From an uncultured Alphaproteobacteria bacterium (GTDB taxonomy: Bacteria > Pseudomonadota > Alphaproteobacteria > Rhizobiales > Xanthobacteraceae), in assembly GCA_963850885.1 (NCBI GenBank), contig CAWKOD010000040.1, forward strand, positions 9,962-73,961: DNA of 64,000 bases, read 5' to 3'. Each line of letters begins with the position of its first letter. Position 1 is the first letter of the stretch. Positions 10,382 to 23,320 of the stretch are shown in pieces. The position numbers and the translations under genes are program-made. The notes below the pieces were generated by a model. It ran no database searches and had not been told where the DNA came from. It saw only the letters and a list, made by a program, of their open reading frames with translations.

Positions 10382-10558
10382 TCCATTCTACGCGGCGGGC
10401 TTTCCGTGAAAGCATTGTCCATCCGGCGGGACGCCATGACAAGGCAAGCGCGGTCATGACCGGCCACCCGCGGCGGTTGCCGATCCCGGCAAAGAAAGCT
10501 CGGAGACAGGCCGAATTGCCTCTTGCGGGATTAGTTCCCTGGTATGAAATAGGGCCCC

Positions 10559-11705
10559 ATGATCGGGCTACGCCTTTTTATCGTTGCGGCATTATTCGCC
10601 GGCCTGCTGGCCGGTTGCGACAACAAGCCGGCTGGCGGCGCAGGGCCGCCTCCGCCGCCCGTGACGGTTTCAAAGCCGATACAGAAGTCGATCACCGAGT
10701 GGGACGAATACACCGGCCGGTTCGTGCCGGTGGCGACCGTCGAGGTCCGGGCCCGGGTGTCCGGCTTTATCGACTCCATCCACTTTCATGACGGTCAGAT
10801 TGTCAAAAAGGACGATCTGCTGTTCGTCATCGATCAGCGCCCCTATCAGATCGCTGTCGAACAGGCCAAGGCCGACCTGGAGCGTGCGCGCGCCAAGTAC
10901 GATATCGCCACCGCCGATGTCGACCGCGCGACCCCGCTCCTCCGCAACCAGACGCCTGACCGAGCGCGAGTTCGACACGCGTAAGTCGACACAGCGAGAT
11001 GCCGCTGGCCAAGTCGGCTCGGGGGAGGCCGCCCTCAAGCAGGCCCAGCTCAATCTCGAATGGAGCGAGGTGCGCGCGCCGATCGCCGGGCGCATCTCCG
11101 ACCGGCGCGTCGATGCCGGCAATCTGATCACCGGAGGCCAGACCGGTGCCACGCTGCTGACCTCGATCGTGACGCTCGACCCCATCCATTTCGCCTTCGA
11201 CGGCAGCGAGGCGGATTTCATCCGCTACCTGCGTCTCGCGGCGTCCGGCGTACGGCAGTCGTCCCGCGACGCGCCCAATCCGGTCGCGGTCCGGCTCGCC
11301 GATGAGACCGAATTCAAGCATCAGGGCCGGATGGATTTCGTCGACAACGTCGTCAATGCGAAGACCGGCACGATCCGCGGCCGCGCCATCTTCGAAAACA
11401 AGGATGGATTGCTGACGCCCGGCTTTTTCGGGCGGCTGCGTCTCTATGGCGGCCAGCGCGACGCTTTCCTGATCCCCGACAACGTGATCTCGTCCGATCA
11501 GGCGAGCAAGATCGTGTTTACCGTTGCCGATGACGGGACCGTCGGCACCAAAAAGGTCGAGCTGGGTCCCATCATCGATGGCTTGCGCGTTGTCCGTTCG
11601 GGCCTCGCGCCGACCGACCGCATCGTGATCGACGGCATACAGCGCGCCCGTCCGGGGCAGAAGGTCACGGCCGAGGACGGCAAGATCAAGGCTGCCGCGA
11701 AATAG
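10559..11705 (+). CDS. RND efflux periplasmic adaptor (MexE-like lipoprotein), frameshift near 10955
   Basis: Lipobox LAGC; VEVRARVSG, VRAPIAGRIS, TGTIRGRA; split over two ORFs. Confidence 0.9.
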
Positions 11706-11744
11706 GCGGCGCCCGGCGCTTCGCGCGGGGTGATGAGGTTCACA

Positions 11745-14700
11745 ATGCGGTTTTCACATTTCTTCGTCGACGGCCGATCTTTGCCAGCGTTGTCGCAATC
11801 ATCCTGACGCTGGTCGGCGCCATCTCGTTTCGCGCGCTGGCGGTCACGGAGTTTCCCGATATCGCTCCGCCGACGGTGGAGGTGATTGCCACTTACGCGG
11901 GCGCTGCGGCGGATGTCGTGGCGGAAACCGTTGCGTCTCCCATCGAGCAGGAGATCAACGGCGTCGACAACATGATTTACATGGTGACGCAGGCGACCGG
12001 CGACGGCACCGCGCAGATTGACGTCGTCTTCAAGCCCGGCACGAACATCGACCAGGCGCAGGTGCTGGTGCAGAACCGCGTCGCCATCGCGATACCGCGG
12101 TTGCCGGAGGAGGTGCAGCGTATCGGCGTGACGGTCAAGAAGAAGTCACCTGATCTGATGATGGTGGTCCACCTGATCTCGCCGGATGGGACGCTGGATC
12201 AATCCTATATTTCCAACTACGCGACGATCCACATCAAGGACGTCCTGACCCGCGTCGACGGGGTCGGCGATACCGTCGTCTTCGGTGCCCGCGATTATTC
12301 CATGCGGATCTGGCTCGATCCCGCCAAGGTGCAATCGCGCAACCTGACTGCGAGCGATGTGGTCACGGCTTTGCGTGCCAATAACGTGCAGGTCGCCGCG
12401 GGGGCGATCAACCAGCCGCCGGCCAAATCGCCGGCCGGGTTTCAGGTTGCGGTTGAGACGCTCGGCCGGCTACAGACCCCGGAGCAATTCGCCGACATTA
12501 TCGTCGCCACCGATCAGGACGGCCGCGTCACGCGGGTGCGCGACATCGCGCGCGTCGAGCTCGGCGCGTATACCTACGTGTCGAACGCCTATCTCGATGG
12601 CAAGGTTGCCACCGCTATCGGCATCTTTCAGCGGCCGGGTTCCAACGCCCTCACCACCGCGGCGGGCGTGATCAGGACGATGGACGAGCTGTCCAAGGAC
12701 TTCCCGGCAGGCCTCGCCTACCGCATTGCCTACAACACCACCGAGTTCGTCCAGCAATCGGTCGACGAGGTGATCAAGACCCTATTCGAAGCGGTCGTTC
12801 TGGTCGTGCTCGTCATTATCCTGTTCCTGCAGACTTGGCGCGCCGCGATCATCCCCGTCGTCGCCATCCCGGTGTCGCTGATCGGCACGTTCTTCGTCAT
12901 GGCGAGCTTCGGCTTCTCGCTCAACAATCTCACGCTGTTCGGTCTCGTGCTGGCGATCGGCATTGTGGTGGACGATGCGATCGTCGTCGTGGAGAACGTC
13001 GAGCGCTATCTGAGCGAGGGCATGAGTCCGCGCGAGGCCGCGCACAAGACCATGGATGAGGTCGGCGGCGCGCTGCTCGCGATCGCATTGGTGCTCTGCG
13101 CGGTGTTCATCCCGACAGCCTTCATCCCCGGCATTTCGGGCGCGTTCTACCAGCAGTTCGCGCTGACCATCGCCAGCGCGACGGTCATTTCCTGCATCAT
13201 ATCGTTGACATTGTCGCCGGCGCTGGCGGCGCTGTTGCTGCGGACCCACAGTCACGAAGAAGCCAAGCCCGGGCTTCGGACCACTCTGGCCCGCCCGCTC
13301 AACATGTTCTTCGCGGGTTTCAACAGGCTGTTCGACAAGATGTCGCACGGCTACGCCGGGCTGACGCGACGGGTGCTGCGCATCTCGGCGCTCATGCTGG
13401 TGGTCTACGGCGGCCTGATCGGCCTGACCTATTTCCAGTTCTCCCGCACGCCGTCAGGCTTCATCCCGCCGCTCGACCGCGCCTATTTCATCACGGCGAT
13501 CACCTTGCCGCCCGGCTCAAGCCTCGAGCGGACCGATGCGGTGGTCCGCAAGGCGGTGGAGATGTTGCAATCGCGGCCCGGCGTGGCTCACACCGTGACG
13601 TTCGCGGGCTTTGACGGGGCGACGTTCACCAACGCACCGAACTCAGGCGTCATCTTCGCCACCTTGAAGCCGTTCGAAGAGCGGGTGAAGGAAAAGCTCA
13701 CGACTCAAGGGGATCCTCAACGATCTGCGCGCGCAGATGGCGTCGCTTCGCGAAGCCTTCGTGCTGGTGATTCCGCCGCCCTCCGTTCCCGGTATCGGCA
13801 CTGGCGGCGGCTTCAAGCTCTATGTGCAGGACCGCGCCGGCCGTGGTCCGCGGGCGCTGGAGCAGGCGGTCGGCGGCGTTCTCGGCCCGGCGAACGGGAC
13901 GCCTGGCCTGGTTCAGGTCTTCACGCTGTTCAATGCCTCGACTCCGCGGATCTATGCCGACATCGACCGCACCAAGGCCGAGATGCTGGGCGTGCCGATC
14001 TCGCGCTTCTTCGATACCCTGACAACCTATATGGGTTCGACCTTCGTCAACGACTTCAATATCCTGGGACGCACCTATCGGGTCACCGCGCAGGCCGACA
14101 ATCCATTCCGGCTCTCGATTCGGGATGTCGAAAATCTGCGGACTCGTTCCAACTCGTCCGACATGGTCCCGCTCGGCTCGGTGGCGACCTTCCGCGACAC
14201 CACCGGGCCGTTCCGCGTGCCGCGCTACAATCTGTACCCGGCGGCCGAGATCCAGGGCGCCACGTTACCGGGTTTCTCCACCGGCCAGGCGATCGGAGCC
14301 ATGGAAAAAATCCTCGCCAACCTGCCGTCCGGGTTCGGCTTCGAGTGGACCGAGATCGCCTTGCAGGAGAAGGCCGCGGGCAACACCGCCGTGATCGCGT
14401 TCAGCCTCGCTGTCGTGTTCGTGTTCCTGTTGCTCGCCGCGCAGTACGAGAGCATCCTGCTGCCGCTGGCGGTGATCCTGATCGTGCCGATGTGCCTGCT
14501 TGCGGCGATCAGCGGCGTGCTGTTGCGCGGCATGGACAACAACATCCTGACCCAGATCGGCTTCGTGGTGCTGATCGGCCTTGCCGCGAAGAACGCCATC
14601 TTGATCGTCGAGTTCGCCAAGCAGGCCGAGGAGGCCGGTGCGAACCGTTGGGACGCCGCCGTGCAGGCGGCGCGGACGCGGCTTCGTCCGATCCTGATGA

Positions 14701-14975
14701 CGTCGCTCGCCTTCATCCTGGGCGTGGTGCCGCTGGTCATCGCGACCGGCGCCGGCGCGGAACTGCGTCAGGCGCTCGGCACCGCGGTGTTCTTCGGCAT
14801 GCTGGGCGTGACGCTGTTCGGGCTTTTGTTCACGCCGATTTTCTACGTTCTGGTGCGCTGGATCGCCGAAAAAACCGCGCGCAAGCCGGCGGCGCATAAT
14901 CCCCGCCTGATCACTGCGGCTGAATCCCAAGCTCCTGCGCCAGCGCGCGCCACTTCTCCTGCTCGCGGGCGATGA
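11745..14975 (+). CDS. RND efflux permease (HAE1, MexF-like), frameshifts near 11772 and 13710
   Basis: MRFSHFFVD(R)PIFA start; GIVVDDAIVVVENVER; GLAAKNAILIVEFA; RLRPILMTS. Confidence 0.92.
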
Positions 14976-15885
14976 ACGCGCCGGTGCTCTGCGGCGTGCC
15001 GGCGCCGCTCGTCGCCAGCCCGAAGCCGGCCAGCCGCGTGCGGATCTCGTCACCCTTGAGGAATTCGCCGACCTCCTTGTTCATCCGCGCCACGATGTCG
15101 GCCGGCACGCCTGCCGGCGCCACCAGCACGAACCAGCCGTCCATGGTCACGCCCGGCACGGTCTCGCTGATGGTCGGCAGGTCGGGCAGCGGCGGAAAGC
15201 GGTTGGAGGAGGACAGCGCGATGCGCCGGATTTTCCCCGCCTGCACCATGGCGTTGGAGGCGGCCATCGAGGAGATCAGCACCGGGATGGTGCCGCTGGC
15301 GACGTCGTTCGCCATCTGCGCGGCCGAGCGGTACGGCACCTCGACCATGCCGAGATTGGCGCGCTTGTTGAGGAGCCGCGCCGCGAATGGCGCCGCGCCC
15401 GCGGTGACGTCGACCGCGTAGGACAACTTGCCGGGGTTGGCCTTGGCGTAGTCGATCAGGCCCGCGACGGTCGTGACCGGCACGTCGACGTTCACCGACA
15501 GCATCTGCGGACCGAAGTCCACCACCATCGCGACCGGCGTAAAATCCTTCACCGGGTCGTAGGGGATCGACTTGAACGTGACGAGGTTGGTCGCGAGCCC
15601 CGAGGTGTTGGTGAACAGGAAGGTGTAGCCATCGGCCGTGGCGCGCGCCGCGGTCTGATGCGCGCCAAGCCCCGACGCGCTCGCGTTGTTCTCCACCACC
15701 ACCGGCTGGCCGAGGCCGCGCGTGACGGCATCGGCCATCAGCCGCGCCATCACGTCGGTGGCCGCGCCCGGCCCGGTCGGCACGATGATCTTGACCGGAC
15801 GCGCCGGCCAACTTTGCGCGTCCGCCGTGACGGTGGGGCCGAGCACAAGCGCGCACAGCAGAAGCGCCGATCGGATCGTCATCAT
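14911..15885 (-). CDS. Bug/TctC tripartite tricarboxylate transporter receptor
   Basis: Signal peptide, WPARPVKIIVPTGPGAATD, VENN, DGYT, YDPVKDFTP. Confidence 0.88.
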   Translation of the reverse strand: MMTIRSALLLCALVLGPTVTADAQSWPARPVKIIVPTGPGAATDVMARLMADAVTRGLGQPVVVENNASASGLGAHQTAARATADGYTFLFTNTSGLATNLVTFKSIPYDPVKDFTPVAMVVDFGPQMLSVNVDVPVTTVAGLIDYAKANPGKLSYAVDVTAGAAPFAARLLNKRANLGMVEVPYRSAAQMANDVASGTIPVLISSMAASNAMVQAGKIRRIALSSSNRFPPLPDLPTISETVPGVTMDGWFVLVAPAGVPADIVARMNKEVGEFLKGDEIRTRLAGFGLATSGAGTPQSTGAFIAREQEKWRALAQELGIQPQ

Positions 15886-16855
15886 TCCCCCATCTTGATG
15901 CTGAGCGTGCGCACCGCGCGGCCGAAGCTTGTCACGCTCTTTCAAAAGAAACGCCCGTACGTCCTGGCTCGGGCTGCGCTCGACGCCCTGCTTGGCCAGC
16001 GCGTCGCGGGTCTTGGGGTCGTCGATCGCGGCAAGTGTTTCCCTGCGGATGAGCTCGACGATCTCGGCCGGCGTGCCCTTCGGCGCCAGCATCACGGTCC
16101 AGCTCGCCAGTTCGAATTCCGGAACGCCGGCCTCCTTGAAGGTCGGCACGTCCGGCAATGCCGAGGAGCGCGCATCGCCGGTCACCGCCAGAGCCTTGAC
16201 CGAGCCGCCATCGATCGCGGACTTTCCCACTGCCACGCCGCCATAGAAGATGTCGAGATGGCCACCGATCAGGTCGGTGACGCCCTGCGCGCCGCCGCGG
16301 TAGGGAATGTGCGTGACATCGAGATTCCGGACCTTGTTCATCCAGGCGCCCATCACGTGCGGCGGGCTGCCGACGCTGCCGCCGTAGGTGTATTTGCCCG
16401 GGTTGGCGCGGATCTCGGCGATGAAGTCCTTGAGATTGTTGGCTTGGACATTCTTCGAGACCATCAGCACCACCGGGACGAGGCCGGTGACCGCGATCGG
16501 CTCGAAATCGTCCACCACCGAATAGGTCGCGGTCTTGGAAATCTGCGGCACCACCACGGTCTCGGAGGTGTAGCCGACATAGAGCGTGTAGCCGTCGGGC
16601 TTGGCGGCGATCGCGGTTTTGATGCCGATGGTGCCGCTCGCGCCCGGGCGATTGAGCACGACGAATGGCTGGCCGAGCTTTTCGGCGAGCTTCTGCGCCA
16701 CCGCGCGCGCGACGAAATCGGTCGAGCCGCCCGCGCCGTAGGAGACGATGATCTCGACGGTGCGGGTGGGATAGGAGGCGGCGAGGGCAGGCGTCATAAG
16801 ACACGGCAAGGCAACGAGAGCACCGACGAAGCACCGTACACGCGGCTCTTGGCAT
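15882..16855 (-). CDS. Bug/TctC receptor (frameshifts near both ends)
   Basis: GGAGG RBS before ATG 16855; YPTRTVEIIVSYGAGGSTD, NRPGASG, HIPYRGGA; corrected end ..RTLSIKMGE-stop at 15882. Confidence 0.85.
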
Positions 16856-16874
16856 GCTGTTGCCTCCAGCAGGG

Positions 16875-16977
16875 CCTCATGCCGAGAAGCGGCCGCAGGC
16901 CGCGCCTCGAAGCATGGACCGCAATTGGGGCCGCCCCCATCCTTCAAGACCGCGCTTTGCGCTTCCGAAGGATGAGG
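16875..16977. repeat. Degenerate Rhizobiales-type intergenic palindromic (REP/RIME-like) element
   Basis: CCTCATGCCGAGAAGC..CTCGAAGCATG ... CATCCTTCAAGAC..CCGAAGGATGAGG: inverted arms with internal hairpins, resembling the CCTCATCCTGAGGAG..CTCGAAGGATG repeat family. Confidence 0.6.
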
Positions 16978-16995
16978 ACGGAGAGAGCGTCGTTC

Positions 16996-18748
16996 TTACA
17001 GCTTCGTCACCCGCACATGCAGGATGGCCGCACGGCCGCCGCGCACCTCTTTCACCGCGCGAGCGAGCGCGGCCGGCACGTCGTCCGGGTTGGTGACCTT
17101 CTCGCCATAGGCGCCGAACGCCTCGCCGATCTTGGAGAACTCCGCGTCCGGCATCAGGCTTGCCTGGAACAGGCCAGCCGACTTCGCCTCGCCCTCCGGG
17201 AACACCCGCAAGGTCGATTCCTTCACCGCCGACCAGCCGGTGTTGTCGAGCAGCAGCACCAGGATCGGCAGCTTGTATTGTTTCGCCACGGCGAACACCG
17301 AGCTCGGGCCGCCGAAGTAGAATCCGCCGTCGCCGACCACCTGCACCACCATCTTGTCGGGCGCCGCAAGCTTGCAGCCGAGCGCCATGCCGCCGGACCA
17401 GCCAAGCCCGCCGCCGCCGGAGCGGATGCAGGTGTTCGGCTCCGGCCGCTCAAGCTGAAGCAGGCACGCGCCGGCATTGCGGACGCCTTCGTTGCAGACG
17501 ATGTCGTCGGACTTGAGCAGCTTGTTCAGCTCGGCGAACAGATAGTGCGGGTTGATCTCGCCCTGGCGTGCCTTTGTTGGTCGCCATCTTCGTGGCTGCG
17601 TCGCGCCAGGTCTTGCGTTCGGCGGTGTGCGCCTCGATGCGCTTCTTGGCCGCCTCCTTGAACTTCGGCGTGGCCTTCTTTTTCAGCTCTTCCAGCAGCT
17701 GCCCGAGAATGACGCCGGAGTCGCCTTGCATCCGGAGATTGCCCGGGAAGGTCCACATCGGCGATGCGGACTTCAGCGTGTCGACATCGATATGCGCCCA
17801 GAACGACTTGTCCTTGTGCGACACGTCGGCCGGGAACCACGGCACGTCCACGTCCACCAGCAGGCCGACGTCGGCCTTGGCCAGATGCTTGTTCGGCGAG
17901 TAGCCGAGGAAGCACGGGAATTCGTGCGAGATGTTGAAGGTCTGGTTGCCTTCGAACACCGCGATGCCGGCGAACATCGCCAGTTCCTCGATCAGCTTCG
18001 GCGCGTTCTTCGATTGACCGGCATAGCCGCAGATCAGGATCGGGTGTTCGGCGGCGATGAGCTTGTCGGCAAGCTGCGCGATCGCCGCAGGGTCGGCGCC
18101 ACCGGACTGCGGCTGCGCGAACTGGTCGCTCGAGTAGCTGCGGATCTGGTCGCTCGCCCACTGCTGCGTCAGCGTCTCGCGCTGCGCCATGAAATAGACC
18201 GGGCCGGCAGGCTTGGTTTCCATGATGGTGTGGGCGCGGCGGAGCGCCTCCTTCACCACGACGCCGGACGGCAAGGTCCATTCCCATTTCATGTACGGCC
18301 GCACCAGCGAGCCCTGGTCGATCGGCTCCTGCACGAAATGCACGTAGGTGTCGCGCGAGCCAACCAGCTCGTTGCTGGACGTATAAGGCGCCTTGCCCGA
18401 CATCAGCAGCACCGGCAGCCGGCTGCGGAACAGGTTGTGCATCGCGTTCGCGGTGTTGGCGGTGCCGACATCGACATGCACCAGCACGGCCTGGCCGCGG
18501 CCGGTCACCGCCGCGTAGCCCATCGCCATATGCGCCGCGGTGTTCTCGTGCGGGCAGAGCATCACGTTCGGCACCTTCTCGCCGCGCTTGTGCCGGTCTG
18601 CCAACGCCTCGATCGTCGGCGCGTGGTCGGTGCCGAAGTTGCAGAACAGGTGCTCGATGCCGAGCTCGTTCAGGCCCTCGATGAAGTAATAGGCGGTGGA
18701 GTGCTCGGGGGCGTTGCTGATCTGGCGGGCGGTGGCGGGCTGCGACAT
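16996..18748 (-). CDS. Thiamine diphosphate-dependent enzyme (acetolactate synthase/decarboxylase superfamily), frameshifts near 17565 and 17460
   Basis: CPHENTAAHMAMGY (catalytic Glu), HVDVGTAN, C-terminal GDGGFYF...DNTGW ThDP motif. Confidence 0.88.
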
Positions 18749-18860
18749 GGGGACTGACCGTTGTTAGGGCCTTATGGGCCGGTTTGAGCTGTTTCCTCGC
18801 GGCGCACTTTGCGCTGCCGGTGGGGGGTGATTCAAGCCGGGAGTGCCGTCCGGTGGCGGC

Positions 18861-20067
18861 CTACGCCGCCACCATTTCGGCCGCCGGAACCCGCTTGACC
18901 TGATGCGCCTGCAATCGCGGCAGCACATCTTTGCCGAAGCGGCGGATCTGCTCCAGGAACACCTCGGACGCCATGGCGCCGACATTCATGTTGAGCAGCA
19001 GATAATTGGCGCCCATGCGCTCGGCGCCCTCGATCAAGCGGTCGCCGACGTCCTTCGCCGAGCCCCAGGCCAGCTCGCCCTCGTCGATCTTGCTGCTCGA
19101 TGTCGGCCATCGTGGTCTTCTGCATCGCCTCGCGGTCGACGCCGGCGCCGGAGCGGTTCTCCGGCTTGATGTAGTCGTAGGATGCCGACGAGACATAGCC
19201 CGTGCCCTTGGCCTGCGACGCTTTCTCCAGCGAGCCATGGTGCCAGAGCGTGTGCACGAAATAGAGATAGAACGGGCTGTACTCCTTGATCGCCGCGGCG
19301 CGATCCGCCGCCACATAGGCGTCGGTGAAGTAACAGATGTGATCCGGCGTGATTTTGTTGCCATGCAACGCGAGTTGTTTGGCGTAATAGCCGACAACGT
19401 CCTGCGTCAGGCCGCGGTGATGGTCGGGAATCACCGCACTGAAATTGCGCTTGCCGGCCCACTCGATGGTTTCCTTGGAGCCGGTGAATGGCACCCACAC
19501 CGGCGGATGCGGCTGCTGATAGGGCCGCGGCCAGATCGCAATGTCCTTGTACGACCAGTATTTGCCCTCGTAGGAGAACTTCGGCTCGGTCCAGGCCTTG
19601 AGAATGATCTCGACCGCCTCCTCGAAGCGCGCCCGCGACTCGCCCATCGACACGCCATACACGTTGTATTCGCGCGGCACGCCACGGGCGAAGCCCGAGA
19701 GAATGCGTCCACGCGACATCGTATCGGCCATCGCCAGCTCTTCGGCGATGCGGAGCGGATTGTGCAGCGGCACGAGATTGCCGAGCATCAGGAACTTCAG
19801 TTTCTTCGTTCGCTGCGCGGCGACCGCCGCCATCATGTTCGGCGAGTTCATCATGCCGTGCGGCGTGGTGTGGTGCTCGTTCAGGCCGACGCCGTCGAAG
19901 CCGAGCTTGTCCATCTCCTCCCAGGCTTGGAGGTGCTGCTCGTAGGTCTGCGCCGCGACTTCGGGATCGTAGTGATCGTTGGCCAGCGGGTAGGGCAGAT
20001 ACTTCGTCGCCTTGTACTGATCGAAGTGCTTGCCGTAGGCGAGGAGATCGAAGATGAAGACTTTCAC
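18861..20067 (-). CDS. Luciferase-like (LLM) flavin-dependent monooxygenase, frameshift near 19095
   Basis: GFDGVGLNEHH, NPLRIAEELAMAD, SRGR, PRPYQQPHPPVW. Confidence 0.9.
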
Positions 20068-20801
20068 GTGCGGGGCTTCCTGATTTCGGCGGCGGAGTTG
20101 ATGGTGGCATGCAAGTTTCGTGCGTATTCGATGGCGCCCGCGACCGGCATGTCGGGGCCGGTGCGGATGTATTCCTTGGCGCTGGTCAGTGAGATGCGCG
20201 GCGCCTTGAGCATCGCCGCGGTGAGCTTGTCGACGTGGGAGTCGAGTTGCGCGGCGGGCACCACGTCGCTGATGATGCCGTAGGACAGCGCACGCTCAGG
20301 CGACACCTCGAACATCGAATAGACCAGATAGGCCATCGCCTTCCGCGGCACCCGATCGACGAACGACGACATCACCATGGTCGGCATGATCTGGTGCGCC
20401 ATCTCCGGCACCGAGAACACCGCCTTGTCGCTCGCGATGGTGATGTCGCAGGCCGCGGCGATCGCGCAGCCGAAGCCGTGCGCGCCGCCGTGCACCACGG
20501 CGATGATCGGGATCGGGCAGTTGCGCATCGCGCCATAGGCGTCGAACACCACGTCGGAGAAACCCCGCCGCGCGTAGGCGGTGGGCTCGGTCGCGGGCCG
20601 CGAGCCCATGCCGGCGCGGCCGACGCAGAACTCCTTGCCGGCGCCGCGCAGCACCACCATGTCGGCCTTTTCGCCCGCGCCGTTGATGAGCCGGGTCAAC
20701 TCGCGCACGTTGTCATCGGTGACGGCGTTGCCGCGGTCCGGCGCGTTGAGCGTGATGCGCAGGATCGGCCCGTCCTGCTTCACCAGAATTTCGTCTGCCA
20801 T
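20064..20801 (-). CDS. Crotonase superfamily protein (enoyl-CoA hydratase/isomerase-like)
   Basis: ITLNAPDRGNA, FCVG, AHGFGCAIAAACD, FSVPE. Confidence 0.88.
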   Translation of the reverse strand: MADEILVKQDGPILRITLNAPDRGNAVTDDNVRELTRLINGAGEKADMVVLRGAGKEFCVGRAGMGSRPATEPTAYARRGFSDVVFDAYGAMRNCPIPIIAVVHGGAHGFGCAIAAACDITIASDKAVFSVPEMAHQIMPTMVMSSFVDRVPRKAMAYLVYSMFEVSPERALSYGIISDVVPAAQLDSHVDKLTAAMLKAPRISLTSAKEYIRTGPDMPVAGAIEYARNLHATINSAAEIRKPRT

Positions 20802-20848
20802 TTGGTTCTCCCGTTACACCGCCAGCGGCTCGCTTTCGTTTTTGCCGC

Positions 20849-23192
20849 CTACGCGGCTTGTATCTTGCCCTGCCGGATCGCGCGCCAGACGCGCTCCGCC
20901 GTCACCGGCATCTCGATATGCGTCACGCCGTAGTCCGATAGCGCATCCACCACCGCGTTGACCACCACGCCGAGCGCGGGGGTGGTGCCGCCTTCGCCGC
21001 CGCCGCGCACGCCGAGCGGATTGCCCGGCGCCAGCGTTTCGCTCAGCTCGGTGGTGAACGACGGCATCATGTGCGCCCGCGGCATGGCGTAATCCATCAT
21101 CGAGCCGGCCAGAAGCTGCCCGCTCTGCGGGTCGTAGTGCGAATGCTCCCACAGCGCCTGGCCGACGCCCTGGGCGATGCCGCCGTGGGTCTGGCCGTGC
21201 AGGATCATCGGATTGATCGCCCGGCCGACGTCGTCGAGGGCGGTGTAGCGGACGATCTCGACATGTCCGGTATCCGGGTCGATCTCGACCTCGCAGACCG
21301 CACAGCCGAACGGAAACGCCGCCATCCGGATGAACTCTTCGCAATCCGCCGCGAGCGGCCCGCGCAAGATCTTCCGGCAGATCGTTCCGTTCTCGGGCCG
21401 CGCGTGCGACCTCGAACAGGCCGATGGAGCGGTCGGTGCCCTTCACGGTGAAGCGGCCTTCGGCAAACGCCACGTCCGCCGGATCGGTCTCCAGCACCTG
21501 CGCGGCGATGCGGCTGCCCTTGACGATCACCGCCTGCGACGCCTTGCCCATGACGACGCCGCCCATCCGCATCGAGCGCGCCGAATGCGAGCCGCCGCCG
21601 ATCGGCACGATGTCGGTGTCGCCCTGGATGAGCCGGATGCTGTCGACCTCGACGCCGAGCCATTCGCCGACGCATTGCGCAAAGCTGGTCTCGTGACCCT
21701 GGCCGCTCGATAGCGTGCCGATGGTGACATCGACGCGGCCTTCCGGATGCACATGGACCTTGGAGTATTCGCGCGGCGAGCCGCTGGTGATTTCGAGATA
21801 GTTCGCGAGCCCGATGCCGCGCAACTTGCCGGCGCGCTTGGATTCGCGCTTGCGCTTGTTGAATGTCTTCCAGTCCGACAGCGCCAGCGCGCGGTCCATG
21901 ATCTTGCCGTAGTCGCCGCAGTCGTAGGTCATGCCGAGCGGGTTGGCGTAGGGCTGCGCCTTCGGCGGGATGAGATTGCGGCGCCGCAGATCGATGCGGT
22001 CATAGCCGAATTGTTTTGCGGCGATGTCGATCACCCGCTCGATGGCGTAGATCGCCTCGGGCCGGCCGGCGCTGCGATACGGGTTGGTCGGCGGCGTGTT
22101 GGTCAACGCCGCGCGGGCGCGGATGTGCGCCGCCGGCACCCGATAGACCGAGGAAAGCAGCTCGGCGCATTTCACCAGCGGCACGTACATGACGCTGTGC
22201 GCGCCGGTGTTGCAGATCACCGAGCCGCGCAGCGCGAGAAAGCGGCCCTTGTCGTCGAGCGCGAGCTCCAAGGTGATCGCCTGATCGCGGCCCTGGTAGT
22301 CGCTGGCGAAGGCCTCCGAACGCTCGCAGGTCCATTTCACCGGGCGGCCGAGTTTCTTCGCCGCCCACACCACCAGCGCGAACTCCGGATAGAAGGCGTT
22401 GCGCGTGCCGTAGTTGCCGCCGACGTCGCCGCACTCGACCCGCACGTCGGCCATCGGCACGCCGAGGATCGTGGCGAGCTCGTGCTTCTGCCGGACCACG
22501 CCGCCGGAGCCGGCGTGCAGCGTATGCTTGTTGGTCGCCGGATCGTAGACGCCGACCGCGGCGCGCGCGTCGAGCGGCACGCCGGTGACGCGCTGCACCC
22601 AGCTGTCGAACTTCGCCACATGGGCCGCCCGCGCGAACGCCGCCTTGGTCGCCTCGACGTCGCCGACGTCGGCATCGATGCAGACATTGGCGGTGTGATC
22701 GTAAAGCCGGATGTTCGACTGGGTCGCGCCCGGCGTTTCCGTCACCGCCGCGAGCGGTTCGTAGTCCACCGTGACCCGCTCGGCGGCGTCCTTGGCGGCC
22801 GCGATGCTCTCCGCCACCACCATGACCACCTGCTGGCCGACGTAGCGGACGCGGTCGGTCGGCAACAGCTCCTGCGGCGCATAGCCGTGCGCCGAGCCGT
22901 CGCGGTTGATCAGCAGAATGTCGGCGGGCGGCTTGGACGGGATCGGCGTGTGCGGAATGTCCTTCAGTCCGTCGGCCTTGACGTCCGCGCCGGTCAACAC
23001 CGCCAGCACGCCCGGCATCGCGCGGGCTGCCGTGGTGTCGATCGAACGGATGCGGGCATGGGCGTGCGGTGAGCGCAGCACGAAGGCATAGGCCTGGCCG
23101 GGCAGGCTGACGTCGTCGCTATAGCGGCCGCTGCCGGTGAGGAGGCGCAGGTCCTCCTTGCGTCGAAGCGGTTGTCCGATGGTCTGGGGCAT
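20849..23192 (-). CDS. Xanthine oxidoreductase family Mo-binding large subunit (CoxL-like, L1), frameshift near 21370
   Basis: IGQPLRRKEDLRLLTGSGRY, RSPHAHA, VGGNYGTR, PYRSAGRPE, GQGHET, GVRGGGEGG. Confidence 0.92.
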
Positions 23193-23320
23193 GGCGGCGG
23201 CAGCATATCGTCCTGATTGGGCCGCGCCAGCCGGTCGGCCAAGCATCGGCTATGCATCTTCGCGGCTTGTCGAACCAGCAGCTTCCCTGACACCGCAGCA
23301 CCCCCTATGCTTTCGGGGAA

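Noticed and set aside
14911-16947. 678-aa double-Bug fusion protein
   Set aside because: One extra base near 15930 bypasses a natural stop at 15882-15884, and the second half has its own start and signal peptide. Two genes.
18749-18860. TPP riboswitch upstream of the ThDP enzyme
   Set aside because: A short hairpin is present, but the CUGAGA and ACCUGA core motifs are missing.
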